From positions 1-57,143 of the forward strand of contig JAJRZV010000130.1 of assembly GCA_024275095.1 (NCBI GenBank): a stretch of DNA of 57,143 nt, in the 5' to 3' direction. Below the pieces are notes generated by a model that made no database searches, was not told where the DNA came from, and saw only the letters and a list, made by a program, of their open reading frames with translations. Made by a program: the position numbers and the translations under genes. This stretch comes from a bacterium. Lineage in GTDB: Bacteria > JAJRZV01. Positions 1 through 9,147 of this stretch are shown piece by piece (position 1 is the stretch's first letter; the number at the start of each line of letters is the position of its first letter).

Positions 1-780
1 AACGCCGAATGAGAAATATATCCATAGAACCCCGATAATAAGAGCACCGAACGAGCCGTAAATAATGTTAACACGTGTAATGTGGGTCATGTACCAGTTG
101 AAGATGGCGCGCCCTACTTCCCATACCACAGCAGCGCTGGCGCCCCCGACGATAGCGGCGTTTTTTTCCACCCTTCTGGAAGGGAGGGTATAGTAGATAA
201 ATGCTGAAAAAATCGCGTAAACAAAAGGTGGCAAGACGTGATTGGCCACGAACCCCTGGCTGTTTACGTGAAGTCCTTTTCCAATAAGCAAACCCTTCAA
301 GTACGCGCGAAATATGTTTCCACCGATGACAAAGAGCATGAGAGAGAAGCTGAGTATGAAAACCAGGGTGAGAGAAATGAGATGCCTTCTCAGTCCCTTG
401 CTTTCTCCTGTTTTGAAGATTTTATCGAGGGCGTTCCCCATGGACGAGAATACGAGCGTGGAAGCCCACAGCAAAATAGCGACTCCGATGTAACCCAGTG
501 CTGAACGATGCGGAAACACGTAAGATATGCTGCTTTCGAGACCAGAGGGGAGTTCCGGAAAAAAACGATGAATGTAATCGAGAAACGCGTTGAATGTGTT
601 GGGACTGTATCCATACCAGTACCCAAGGCCCGCGGTGGCAATGATAGCGATGGGTATAAGCGAGAGTATGGCATAATAGGAGACAGCAGCAGTGAGAAAG
701 AAACCCTCGTCCGAGAAAAAGCGACGCAGCGCAGACAGGAACAGGCGAAACAGGTTCCAGAGGGCGTGTAGGTATTTCAT
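1..780 (-). CDS. YihY/virulence factor BrkB family membrane protein (3' end runs off window)
   Basis: Not in the ORF track; translated by hand. Starts MKYLHALWNLFRLFLSALRRFFSDEGFFLTAAVSYYAILSLIP and reaches WEVGRAIFNWY...IYGSFGALIIGVLWIYFS, typical YihY motifs. ATG overlaps the der stop (ATGA). Confidence 0.85.
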   Translation of the reverse strand, partial: MKYLHALWNLFRLFLSALRRFFSDEGFFLTAAVSYYAILSLIPIAIIATAGLGYWYGYSPNTFNAFLDYIHRFFPELPSGLESSISYVFPHRSALGYIGVAILLWASTLVFSSMGNALDKIFKTGESKGLRRHLISLTLVFILSFSLMLFVIGGNIFRAYLKGLLIGKGLHVNSQGFVANHVLPPFVYAIFSAFIYYTLPSRRVEKNAAIVGGASAAVVWEVGRAIFNWYMTHITRVNIIYGSFGALIIGVLWIYFSFGV

Positions 781-2105
781 CGGCTCAACCTCACGTCCAC
801 CAGAATTTCTGTTCCTGTAAAATGAAAGTGTTCCCGGAGTCTGTTCTTGAGGAAGCGTATGTAAGAGCCTGGGATGTCTTCCGCGTTGGCAAAAAGAACA
901 AAGTGGGGAGGCCGCGTGGACACCTGGGTCATGTACCGTACCTTCACAGGCTTTTTGCCTCTCGCAACTGGAGGGGAGTTTTCCAGTATTTCCTGAAGCA
1001 CCCGATTGACCTGAGCTGTTGGCACTCGCATGCTCCAGGATGAGACTGCTTTCTGCAAAGCACTTATAAGCTTATTGAGTCCAAAACGGTCTTTTGCAGA
1101 TATGGGTACTACAGGGACAAAGGCAAACGGCTTCATCCGGAGGCTCAACGTTTTATCAAGATGCACCTTCGCCCGCTTTGAAGATTCTACCAGATCCCAC
1201 TTGTTGAGTGCCAACACGGCGGCACGGCCTTTGCGCAGTGCCAGTGATAGTAACCGTATATCTTGGGCCACCAGCCCTTCGGCCGCGTCGGCAACAACAA
1301 TGACTGCATCCGCACGTTCTATTACTTCAAGGCTGCGCCCGGCCGAGAAGAATTCTATTCCGTACCGCACTTTAGAAGGACGGCGCACGCCTGCTGTGTC
1401 CACCAGGGTGAGAGTGATTTTCCCTTTGCGCACTGTTTCAATGATGGGATCGCGTGTGGTGCCGGGAATGTCCGTGACGATTGCTCTTTCCTGACCGGTC
1501 AATGCATTGAGAAGCGTGGATTTTCCCACATTCGGGCGGCCTGCAATGGCCACGAAAACCCCCTTGTCCGCCTCTTCTTCTCGATGGATGCTCCGGAGGT
1601 GCTTTTGTCCTGTCGATAGCAAGGTGTTCAGCAGTTCGTAGATGCCGAGTCCGCTTTGTGCGGATACGGCAAGTACTTTTTCAAAGCCCAATGAGTGAAA
1701 TTCTGCTGTTAAATATTCCATGTCAGCACTGTCTATTTTATTGACTGCTACCGTCACTTTCTCACTCAAGGGGCGCAGCAAAGCGGCAATTTCTTCATCT
1801 GAAGGAGTTACACCTGCACGCCCGTCCACAACAAATAATACTACATCACAATTTTTGATTCGTTCCTGTATTTTCACATTTACCGCTTTTTCTATGTCGT
1901 TCCCCGGCTTGGGGATAAAACCTCCTGTGTCCCAGAGTACAAGAGTTGTACCCTCGTGTTCTACTTCTCCACGCACGGGATCGCGGGTTACCCGTGGGGT
2001 TTTGTCTACGATGGCGAGTCTCCGGCCGAGCAAACGGTTGAACAGGGTTGATTTGCCCACATTGATCCGTCCCACAATGGCAACTTCTATTGCCGGTTTT
2101 TTCAT
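777..2105 (-). CDS. der: Ribosome biogenesis GTPase Der (EngA)
   Basis: Two tandem G domains (GRINVGKST/DTGG/NKID and GRPNVGKST/DTAG/NKWD) plus a C-terminal KH-like domain. Confidence 0.97.
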   Translation of the reverse strand: MKKPAIEVAIVGRINVGKSTLFNRLLGRRLAIVDKTPRVTRDPVRGEVEHEGTTLVLWDTGGFIPKPGNDIEKAVNVKIQERIKNCDVVLFVVDGRAGVTPSDEEIAALLRPLSEKVTVAVNKIDSADMEYLTAEFHSLGFEKVLAVSAQSGLGIYELLNTLLSTGQKHLRSIHREEEADKGVFVAIAGRPNVGKSTLLNALTGQERAIVTDIPGTTRDPIIETVRKGKITLTLVDTAGVRRPSKVRYGIEFFSAGRSLEVIERADAVIVVADAAEGLVAQDIRLLSLALRKGRAAVLALNKWDLVESSKRAKVHLDKTLSLRMKPFAFVPVVPISAKDRFGLNKLISALQKAVSSWSMRVPTAQVNRVLQEILENSPPVARGKKPVKVRYMTQVSTRPPHFVLFANAEDIPGSYIRFLKNRLREHFHFTGTEILVDVRLSR

Positions 2106-2107
2106 TT

Positions 2108-2998
2108 TTAACGGAGCCCCAGCTGGCGCAAAAAATGTTCAGAACGAGTCCAGTTCTTGGTAACTTTTACCCATAAATCGAGATACACTTTTCGGCCAAA
2201 GTTTGCTTCCAGGTCTTCTCTCGCCAGTGTTCCAATGCGTTTGATCATGCTGCCGTCACGGCCGATAATAATACCTTTTTGAGAAGATTTCTCCACGTGG
2301 ATTTCTGCCCGTATGTAGATTTTATTGTCACTTTCACGAAATTCCTCGATGGTTACAGCAGTGGAATAAGGGATTTCTTCGCCTGTGTTGTTGATGATTT
2401 TTTCCCGGATGATTTCTGCAGCAACGAACCTTTCTGTAATATCAGAGGCATCTTCCGGGGGATAAAACGGTGGACCCTCAGGAAGCATTTCTCTGAGTAC
2501 ATCCAGGAGCCTGTCCACGTTCTCACCGGTGAGGGCGGAAATAGGAACGTAATGCTGATAAGCACCAAAGCGAGAGAAGTGATCAATAAGGGGTAAAACC
2601 TTACTTTTTTTCAGGGTGTCTATTTTATTGAGAGCCAACACGGCGGACCTTTTCAGAGAACAAATGCGCCGGGCCACATCCTCGTCGGTAAGAGAGGGTT
2701 CTTTGGTTGCATCAATTAAATGCAGAATAACGTCAACGTCTGCCATGACTTTTTCCACAATATCAGCCATGATTTTGTAGATCAGGCCCTTTCGATGCTG
2801 AATCCCTGGTGTGTCTACAAAAACCATCTGACATTCATCGGTGGTATGAATTCCCGCGATTTTGTTGCGTGTTGTTTGAGGTTTGGGAGTGACAATGGCG
2901 ATTTTGCGACCCACAATTCGATTGAGGAGTGTGGATTTGCCGGTATTGGGCAGCCCGATGATTCCCACATACCCTGATTTGAAGTGTTCTTTTATCAT
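2108..2998 (-). CDS. era: GTPase Era
   Basis: GLPNTGKST, PQTTR, DTPG, NKID, EIPY and KH-domain GIIIG motifs; adjacent to rnc. Confidence 0.97.
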   Translation of the reverse strand: MIKEHFKSGYVGIIGLPNTGKSTLLNRIVGRKIAIVTPKPQTTRNKIAGIHTTDECQMVFVDTPGIQHRKGLIYKIMADIVEKVMADVDVILHLIDATKEPSLTDEDVARRICSLKRSAVLALNKIDTLKKSKVLPLIDHFSRFGAYQHYVPISALTGENVDRLLDVLREMLPEGPPFYPPEDASDITERFVAAEIIREKIINNTGEEIPYSTAVTIEEFRESDNKIYIRAEIHVEKSSQKGIIIGRDGSMIKRIGTLAREDLEANFGRKVYLDLWVKVTKNWTRSEHFLRQLGLR

Positions 2999-3798
2999 TG
3001 ATGATTCAGTGGAAAACGCTGGAGTGCGTTTTTCGCAGCCTCTTGTTGTGCTTCCTTTTTGCTTTTTCCTGTACCTGTGCCGTACTCAATTCCGTTGATT
3101 TGAACTTTCATTGTAAAACGTTTGCTATGATCAGGCCCCTCTTCTCCTACCAGTATGTAAACAGGTTTTGTTTTCATGATTTGCTGGGCAAGTTCCTGAA
3201 GCCTGCTTTTGTAGTCTGTCAGTTCATCAATGTTTTCAATGGTGTTCAGACAATCTTCAAAGAACGGTTTAAGAAGTTGATATGTGGCGTCGAACCCTTT
3301 TTGAAGAAAAAACGCTCCTGTAATTGCTTCAAAAGTTGATGCAAGAATGTTCTCGTTTTCCCGTGCTCCTGATTGCTCTGCACTTTTGGATAGAAGTATA
3401 TAGTCTCCCAGATTGATGCTCCGTGCAATTTGTGCAAGGGTTCGGGTGCTCACGAGAAAGCTTTTGGCTTTGGAGAGAGTTCCTTCCCGAACCCTGGGAT
3501 ACCGGTCATAAAGAAGTTTAGACACACACGCGTTAAGCACTGCGTCTCCGAGAAACTCCAGCCGTTCATTGTTGTCCACGTTGGACCGTCTTCGTGACAG
3601 GGAACTGTGTCTGAGAGCCAGGTTGTACAGTGTCACATCCTCGAACACTTCGCCTGTAATCTTCTCCCACGTGCGGAGAAAGCTGGCGACTCTACGCGGG
3701 AGCCGGAGATACGATTTCTCCGAGGCAGATTTTTCCCTTCGTTTTTGTGAGTTTGACAGAAACGATTTGATTCGGTTGAGGAGACCACCCTTTTTCAT
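2995..3798 (-). CDS. rnc: Ribonuclease III (start uncertain; longest ORF overlaps mtaB by 107 bp)
   Basis: NERLEFLGDAVL signature and C-terminal dsRBD (DYKSRLQE...GPDH...SKKEAQQEAA). Confidence 0.95.
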   Translation of the reverse strand: MKKGGLLNRIKSFLSNSQKRREKSASEKSYLRLPRRVASFLRTWEKITGEVFEDVTLYNLALRHSSLSRRRSNVDNNERLEFLGDAVLNACVSKLLYDRYPRVREGTLSKAKSFLVSTRTLAQIARSINLGDYILLSKSAEQSGARENENILASTFEAITGAFFLQKGFDATYQLLKPFFEDCLNTIENIDELTDYKSRLQELAQQIMKTKPVYILVGEEGPDHSKRFTMKVQINGIEYGTGTGKSKKEAQQEAAKNALQRFPLNHQ

Positions 3799-4945
3799 AC
3801 CAAGCCCTGACCTTAATGTAATTGGAAGTAATTCCTTTCACTTCACCATTATCCACCTTTTCTACCAGCAATTCCAATACCCGGGAGAGGAAAGCAGAGA
3901 TGTATCTGTGGCGCAGCTCAGCATCTATTCTGCGAAGCATCTGGACGCGTTCTCTTACCACCCTGGCGGGAATTTGAGGTTGCATTTCTGCAGCCGGTGT
4001 GAGCGGTCGCGGGGAGAACGGAAATATGTGCAAATAATTGACTACCGCATTACGAACAACTTCAACAGTCGCAGAAAAGTCTTTTTCGGTTTCCCCGGGA
4101 AATCCCACAATCACATCTGCTCCCACGTTGGTTTCGGGAAGTATGCGGTGGATTTTGTGGACGATCCGGACGAATTCGTCAGGCTTTGTTCTCCGGCCCA
4201 TACGGTGAAGGATGCGTTATGAACCGCTTTGTAGAGGAATGTGAAAATGCCTGCAGATGCGTCTGGTTGAAGATGCGAGGTCCAGAAGTCCAGGTGTGAT
4301 CTCGTCAGGGTCAAGTGATGATAGTCGAAAATGTACACTGTGCGTATTGCTGAGCAGTGCTTCGAGTAACCGTTCAAGCCCGTTGTTCCATCCCCGGTCC
4401 CGCCCGTAAAGCGCAAGGTGGGTTCCGGTAACGACGATTTCTTTGGCACCCTCAGCTTCAAATTTTTGGGCCTCTTCGATCACCCGTTCGAGTGGTTTGC
4501 TCCTGGGTGTGCCCCGGACGTAAGGCACAATACAGAAAGCACACATTCTGTCGCAGCCTTCCTGAACTTTGAGGAGGGGCCGCGTTCTGTAGTGAAGTCC
4601 GCTCGGTTTATCCTCTGGCTGTGCACGTGCGGTGAAAAGACTTTTTAATTCTTCCAGAGGCATTGTGCGTATGCGCGGTGGCAGAGACTGGCGGATGCGA
4701 GTGGCAAGGTATGCCGGACATCCCGTGATGATGATGTGAGCAGAGGAGTGCTTTTTTGCGAGCTTACGCGCTTCTTTCACCACGTCTCGTGCTGCACGTT
4801 CAGTGACCACGCATCCATTGATAATGACGAGGTCTGGAATTCCTTTTTCAACAGGCGTAATTCCCAGACTGCTTAAAAACTGCAAAAGTTCCTGGGTATC
4901 CGCCTGGTTGACGCGACAGCCGAATGTTTTTACAAGCACTTTCAT
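3692..4945 (-). pseudogene. mtaB: MtaB/MiaB-like tRNA methylthiotransferase interrupted by one in-frame TAA at 4217-4219 (real nonsense allele or consensus error)
   Basis: TFGCRVNQ, radical-SAM motif QEGCDRMCAFC; reads HIPLQSGS*RILHRMGR in frame, continuing to ADVIVGFPGET and a TRAM-like C-terminus. Confidence 0.85.
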
Positions 4946-5997
4946 TTCTTCGCAATCTCTCCACCTGCAACAATAATGTCGCCGTGATAGAACACTGCTG
5001 CCTGACCGGGTGTGACCGCCCGCTGAGCTTCCAGAAATTTGACTTCAATCACTTTATCAGATACACGCGTTATTTCGCACGGTGCAGCGGGATGGCGATG
5101 CCTGATCTGAACGCTGAGTCTTGTACCAGGTTTGAGTTGATCCCCATGCAGTACGACTCTTTCTACTTTCATTGATTCACTGTAAATATCATTTTCATAG
5201 CCCAGAACCACGATGTTTTCACCGGCACGTATTTCTTTTACATACATCTTGCGATTTGCACTTACACGGAGTCCTTTTCTTTGACCCACAGTGTAGAACC
5301 AGTAACCGCGGTGTTCTCCGAGAGGGTTGTTGTCTGGACCTATAAATGCCCCGGGTTGTTCGCCAAGGCGGCGTCGCAAAAATTCTACATGCCCCTTTTC
5401 CGGCAGGAAACAGGCTTGCTGACTTTCACGCTTGCGGGATACGGGCAATCCTGATTCACGGGCGATTTTTCGAACTTCTTCTTTGGTTGTTTCTGCAAGA
5501 GGAAATAGGACCTTCCGCAGGATGGTGTGGTCAATGGTGTAAAGGAAATAGGACTGATCCTTGCTTCGATCCTTTGCTCGTGCAGGAGCGAACTTTCCAT
5601 TCAGGCGGACGATTTGAGCGTAATGCCCTGTAGCAACCTTGTCTGCTCCCAGCATTTCTGCAATTTCCAGGAGAAAACGAAATTTAATTTCCCGATTACA
5701 CCATGTGCACGGGTTGGGTGTGAGTCCACGCCTGTAGTAATCCAGATAACGCTGTATGATAGCCTTGTGGAAGAGTTCCCTTCTGTCGATGATGTAATGG
5801 GGTATGTTGAGAGCATCTGCCACTCGTGCAGCGTCAAAAAGGTCTTCAGGTGAACAACAGGAACGATGATGTACGTCTTCAGCGTCCAGGAGCCGCAGGC
5901 TCACTGCAATAACGTTGTATCCTTCTGCGAGCAATTTCAGCGCTGCCACTGCGCTATCAACGCCGCCGCTTAATCCGAGGACTACAACGGGTTTCAT
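4942..5997 (-). CDS. mnmA: tRNA 2-thiouridylase MnmA
   Basis: SGGVDS, TPNPCTWCN, ATGHY, KDQSYFL, TVGQRKG and PGQAAVFY motifs. Confidence 0.97.
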   Translation of the reverse strand: MKPVVVLGLSGGVDSAVAALKLLAEGYNVIAVSLRLLDAEDVHHRSCCSPEDLFDAARVADALNIPHYIIDRRELFHKAIIQRYLDYYRRGLTPNPCTWCNREIKFRFLLEIAEMLGADKVATGHYAQIVRLNGKFAPARAKDRSKDQSYFLYTIDHTILRKVLFPLAETTKEEVRKIARESGLPVSRKRESQQACFLPEKGHVEFLRRRLGEQPGAFIGPDNNPLGEHRGYWFYTVGQRKGLRVSANRKMYVKEIRAGENIVVLGYENDIYSESMKVERVVLHGDQLKPGTRLSVQIRHRHPAAPCEITRVSDKVIEVKFLEAQRAVTPGQAAVFYHGDIIVAGGEIAKK

Positions 5998-7160
5998 GGC
6001 ACCGGTTGCTTTTTCCTGAGTTTGTCGACAATGCGTGCGATTGTAGCAGAGGCCTCTTCCACGTCCTCGCGGGTGGTAAACCTTCCAATACTGATGCGGA
6101 TGGCACTTGCAGCATCTTTACGGGACAGACCCATGGCAATAAGCACACGTGATGGTTCAGGTGTGCCGGAGGCACAGGCAGAGCCTGTTGAAATCATTAC
6201 CCCTGCGAGGTCAAGGGCCATTGTCAGTGCTTCACCGTCAACACCTTCAAAGGAGATGTTAATAACACCGGGGAAACGGGTGGGAGAATCGCCGTTAATA
6301 CGACTTCCGGGAATTTGAAGAAGCTTTCCCGCCATGAGGCGGCCCAGGCTTTCCACGTGATGTCTTACTTCTTCCATATCCCGTAGTGCAATTTCACATG
6401 CTTTGCCCAGTCCCACTATCGCTGGCACGGCAAGAGTCCCTGCTCGCAGTCCTCTTTCCTGGTGACCTCCGTGAAGCAGCGGCTCAAGCAGAGTCCCCTT
6501 CTTGATATAGAGCGCACCTGCTCCCTTGAGGGCGTAGAGCTTGTGCCCGGAGATGCTGATAAAATGCGCCCGTATTTTTCGAACGCTGATCGGAATTTTC
6601 CCTGCAGATTGAACTGCATCAACGTGAAATAAAATCCCGAATTTTTGAAGGGCTTTGCCGATGCGTTCAACAGGATAGACCACTCCTGTTTCATTGTTCA
6701 CGTGCATGACCGAGACCAGTGCTGTGTTTTCACGAATGGAAGAAAGGATTTTTTCTTCGTCTATGTAGCCGTCCCGATAAGGGGTTATGTAGGTGACCTC
6801 GAAACCTTCTTTTTCCAGATAACGACATGTCTCGTATACGGAAGCATGTTCAACAGCGGTGGTTACAATGTGTTTCTTGCCCTCACGGCGCAGAATTTTC
6901 AATGCTCCTTTTACAGCCATGTTGTTGGCTTCGGTTCCGGAGGATGTGAATACAACCTCGGACGGCATGCAGCCCAGCAACGCTGCAACCTGTTCCCTTG
7001 CAATCTCGACGGCTTTGCGGGCCACCCTTCCGGCAATATGCACGCTTGAGGGGTTACCGTACTCCTCCTGCAGGTACGGCATTACTGCTTCTTTCACTTC
7101 AGGGTGTACCGGAGTGGTTGCGTTGTAATCCAGATAAATTTTCTTTTTGGCACGCTCCAT
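5994..7160 (-). CDS. iscS: Cysteine desulfurase (IscS/NifS type)
   Basis: YLDYNATTP, GNPSS, HVDAVQ, SGHK (PLP lysine), STGSAC; ATG at 7160 preferred over the upstream TTG. Confidence 0.93.
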   Translation of the reverse strand: MERAKKKIYLDYNATTPVHPEVKEAVMPYLQEEYGNPSSVHIAGRVARKAVEIAREQVAALLGCMPSEVVFTSSGTEANNMAVKGALKILRREGKKHIVTTAVEHASVYETCRYLEKEGFEVTYITPYRDGYIDEEKILSSIRENTALVSVMHVNNETGVVYPVERIGKALQKFGILFHVDAVQSAGKIPISVRKIRAHFISISGHKLYALKGAGALYIKKGTLLEPLLHGGHQERGLRAGTLAVPAIVGLGKACEIALRDMEEVRHHVESLGRLMAGKLLQIPGSRINGDSPTRFPGVINISFEGVDGEALTMALDLAGVMISTGSACASGTPEPSRVLIAMGLSRKDAASAIRISIGRFTTREDVEEASATIARIVDKLRKKQPVP

Positions 7161-7270
7161 CTTTCTCGTGTGGCCGTCTTTTGTTGAATCCGTCTTTACT
7201 TTATTCAAAATAGGATTTTATCCCACGCCCAGCTGGTTCTCTACCCGCCTGAAAGAAAATAAACTTATCC

Positions 7271-7299
7271 TTGACAATAAGGCCGTTGCTCATTAAAAC
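7271..7299 (+). promoter_or_regulatory. Putative sigma70 promoter of the gcvH-like gene
   Basis: TTGACA-17 nt-TAAAAC upstream of a GGAGTGAGG RBS. Confidence 0.45.
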
Positions 7300-7335
7300 T
7301 CCTGTGTTCAACGTAAAAACGGAGTGAGGTGAAGC

Positions 7336-7734
7336 ATGAGCGATCGGATTCTCTATTCACCAGACCATTTGTGGGTTCGAATTCTGGGTGAACGTGCCCG
7401 CATCGGCATAACTCCTCAGAAAGTAGAGAGGTTTGAAGAGGTGACTTATATAGAACTGCCCGACGAAGGAGACAGCATCGAAAAGGGTGAACCCTTTGGT
7501 GAAGTGGAAACAGGAGAGGAGGTGTTTGAACTGGTCGCTCCTGTTACAGGTGTGGTTGTTAATGTAAACGAAGAGATTATCGAAGAGCCCGAACTTCTAC
7601 TGGATGACCCTGTGGAAGATGGATGGTTACTGGAAGTGAGCATCGAAGATCCTACCGAACTGGACGAATTTCTTACAGAAGAAGAATACGAAGCCCTCAG
7701 TGAAGAGGAGCTCGAGAGAGAGGAAGAAGAATAA
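7336..7734 (+). CDS. Glycine cleavage H-protein paralog lacking the lipoyl-lysine
   Basis: GcvH motifs (YSPDHLWV, IGIT, APVTGVV, DPVEDGWL), but the VESVK-equivalent position reads VETGE. Confidence 0.85.
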   Translation: MSDRILYSPDHLWVRILGERARIGITPQKVERFEEVTYIELPDEGDSIEKGEPFGEVETGEEVFELVAPVTGVVVNVNEEIIEEPELLLDDPVEDGWLLEVSIEDPTELDEFLTEEEYEALSEEELEREEEE

Positions 7735-7807
7735 CAAACAAAAAAGAAGAATAGCAAACAAAATATTATTTTTTATTTATTTTCCTTTAAAGGTTGGACG
7801 GGGACAA

Positions 7808-8605
7808 TCAGGTTTTTTGTTCAGGCGGGGTGGTTTTTAAAACTCTGTATCCGTAGAAAAGCCGCTGGAGGGCTGTGTAATTGGCAAAAACAGCAATGAG
7901 CAGTAGTGCAAACAGGTACAGATACTCTGGTGGATTGTGCATGTAGAAGCTGAGAGCATATGTGAGCAGAGGACTGAGGGCTGAACAGATTCCGAGGTAA
8001 ACAATACGTTCAGGGCGTTGCATGATTCCGTGCGTGATGCTTACTCCAAGCGCTTCTCCTCGTGCGCGGGTGTAAGAGACCATGAAGGAGCCGATGATCA
8101 TCAGCAGAACAACGTAGAAGAAAATGCCTTCGCGGTGATGAAGAAGAATACCAGTGTACGTAAAAAACTCCGAGTATCTGTCCAGTACAGAGTCGAGAAA
8201 CGCCCCTGATCGGGTTGCCTGTCCTGTTTCTCGTGCAACCCTCCCATCAATAAGGTCAAGGGTTCCGTATATCAGGGTAATCCAGCCGCCCAGCGCGATT
8301 TCTCCATAATAGTACGCCACACCCGCTGCCACAGCGAGGATCACCGAGGCGGTGGTTATCACATCAGGATTGATGCGGTTTCTGATAAAAAAGTTTGTTA
8401 TCGGGCGTATTACCCAGAGCCACCATTGCCGCATCCACATCCCGATAAAGGCGCTGTCTCCTCTTTTCAGCAGTTCTTCGTCATCCTTTACGCGGCCCCG
8501 GCGCCTGAGAATTATGTAGACGAACAGAGATATGACAAACATGAAATTGAACAGTGCCAGTGGCACGATGGCTACGAGAAAATGGTGATATTGAGAGCTG
8601 CTCAT
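7808..8605 (-). CDS. CDP-alcohol phosphatidyltransferase family protein
   Basis: DLIDGRVAR...GAFLDSVLDR signature, SYTRARGE, multiple TM segments. Confidence 0.92.
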   Translation of the reverse strand: MSSSQYHHFLVAIVPLALFNFMFVISLFVYIILRRRGRVKDDEELLKRGDSAFIGMWMRQWWLWVIRPITNFFIRNRINPDVITTASVILAVAAGVAYYYGEIALGGWITLIYGTLDLIDGRVARETGQATRSGAFLDSVLDRYSEFFTYTGILLHHREGIFFYVVLLMIIGSFMVSYTRARGEALGVSITHGIMQRPERIVYLGICSALSPLLTYALSFYMHNPPEYLYLFALLLIAVFANYTALQRLFYGYRVLKTTPPEQKT

Positions 8606-9147
8606 TTGTGATGACGGAGTTTGTTCACTTTATTTCTGAGTTTTTTCAGCAATCCGGTGAATCCGTCACGCTCGATAATGCGTGAAAATTGGGAATGAAA
8701 ATTTTCTGTGATCCGAGTGCCATCTACTTCCATATAGTAAATTTTCCAGAGTTTGTTTTTTTTATGAAGAAAGTATATTACTTCCACTTTCTCTCCGCGA
8801 TAATAAATGACAGCTTTTACAGTGGCGCTGGTGTTGTTTGTTTTTACTGCTGGATATATGCGTGTGTGGTCAGATTTTTTCCCCAGGATTTTTCTTACGG
8901 AAGACTGTACAAATAACGTGTGAAACAGGCGGTGATATTCCTTTACTTCGCCGGCCCGTGCTTTGCGCTTTAAATCGCCCAGGGCCATTGAAGCAAGGCT
9001 TTTCACGTCAACCGCTTCTTCAATAATAGCCGTGACTTTCTTCTCATCCTGAACGTGCTGGACTTCACGCGTGAGAACCTTTACAAGCTCTACAGGGTTG
9101 TTGGGAAGTGCAAAAAATACCAGAGCGACGCTGATGAGTAATCTCAC
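8602..9147 (-). CDS. MlaC/Ttg2D-like periplasmic lipid-binding protein
   Basis: Signal peptide; LASMALG, WKIYYMEVDG..ITENFHSQF and GFTGLLKKL match the MlaC family pattern. Confidence 0.8.
   Translation of the reverse strand: MRLLISVALVFFALPNNPVELVKVLTREVQHVQDEKKVTAIIEEAVDVKSLASMALGDLKRKARAGEVKEYHRLFHTLFVQSSVRKILGKKSDHTRIYPAVKTNNTSATVKAVIYYRGEKVEVIYFLHKKNKLWKIYYMEVDGTRITENFHSQFSRIIERDGFTGLLKKLRNKVNKLRHHK

Noticed and set aside
7724-7763. 20-bp tandem duplication (AAGAAGAATA[A/G]CAAACAAAA) at the end of the gcvH-like gene
   Set aside because: Only two low-complexity copies and no spacers; not a CRISPR array.
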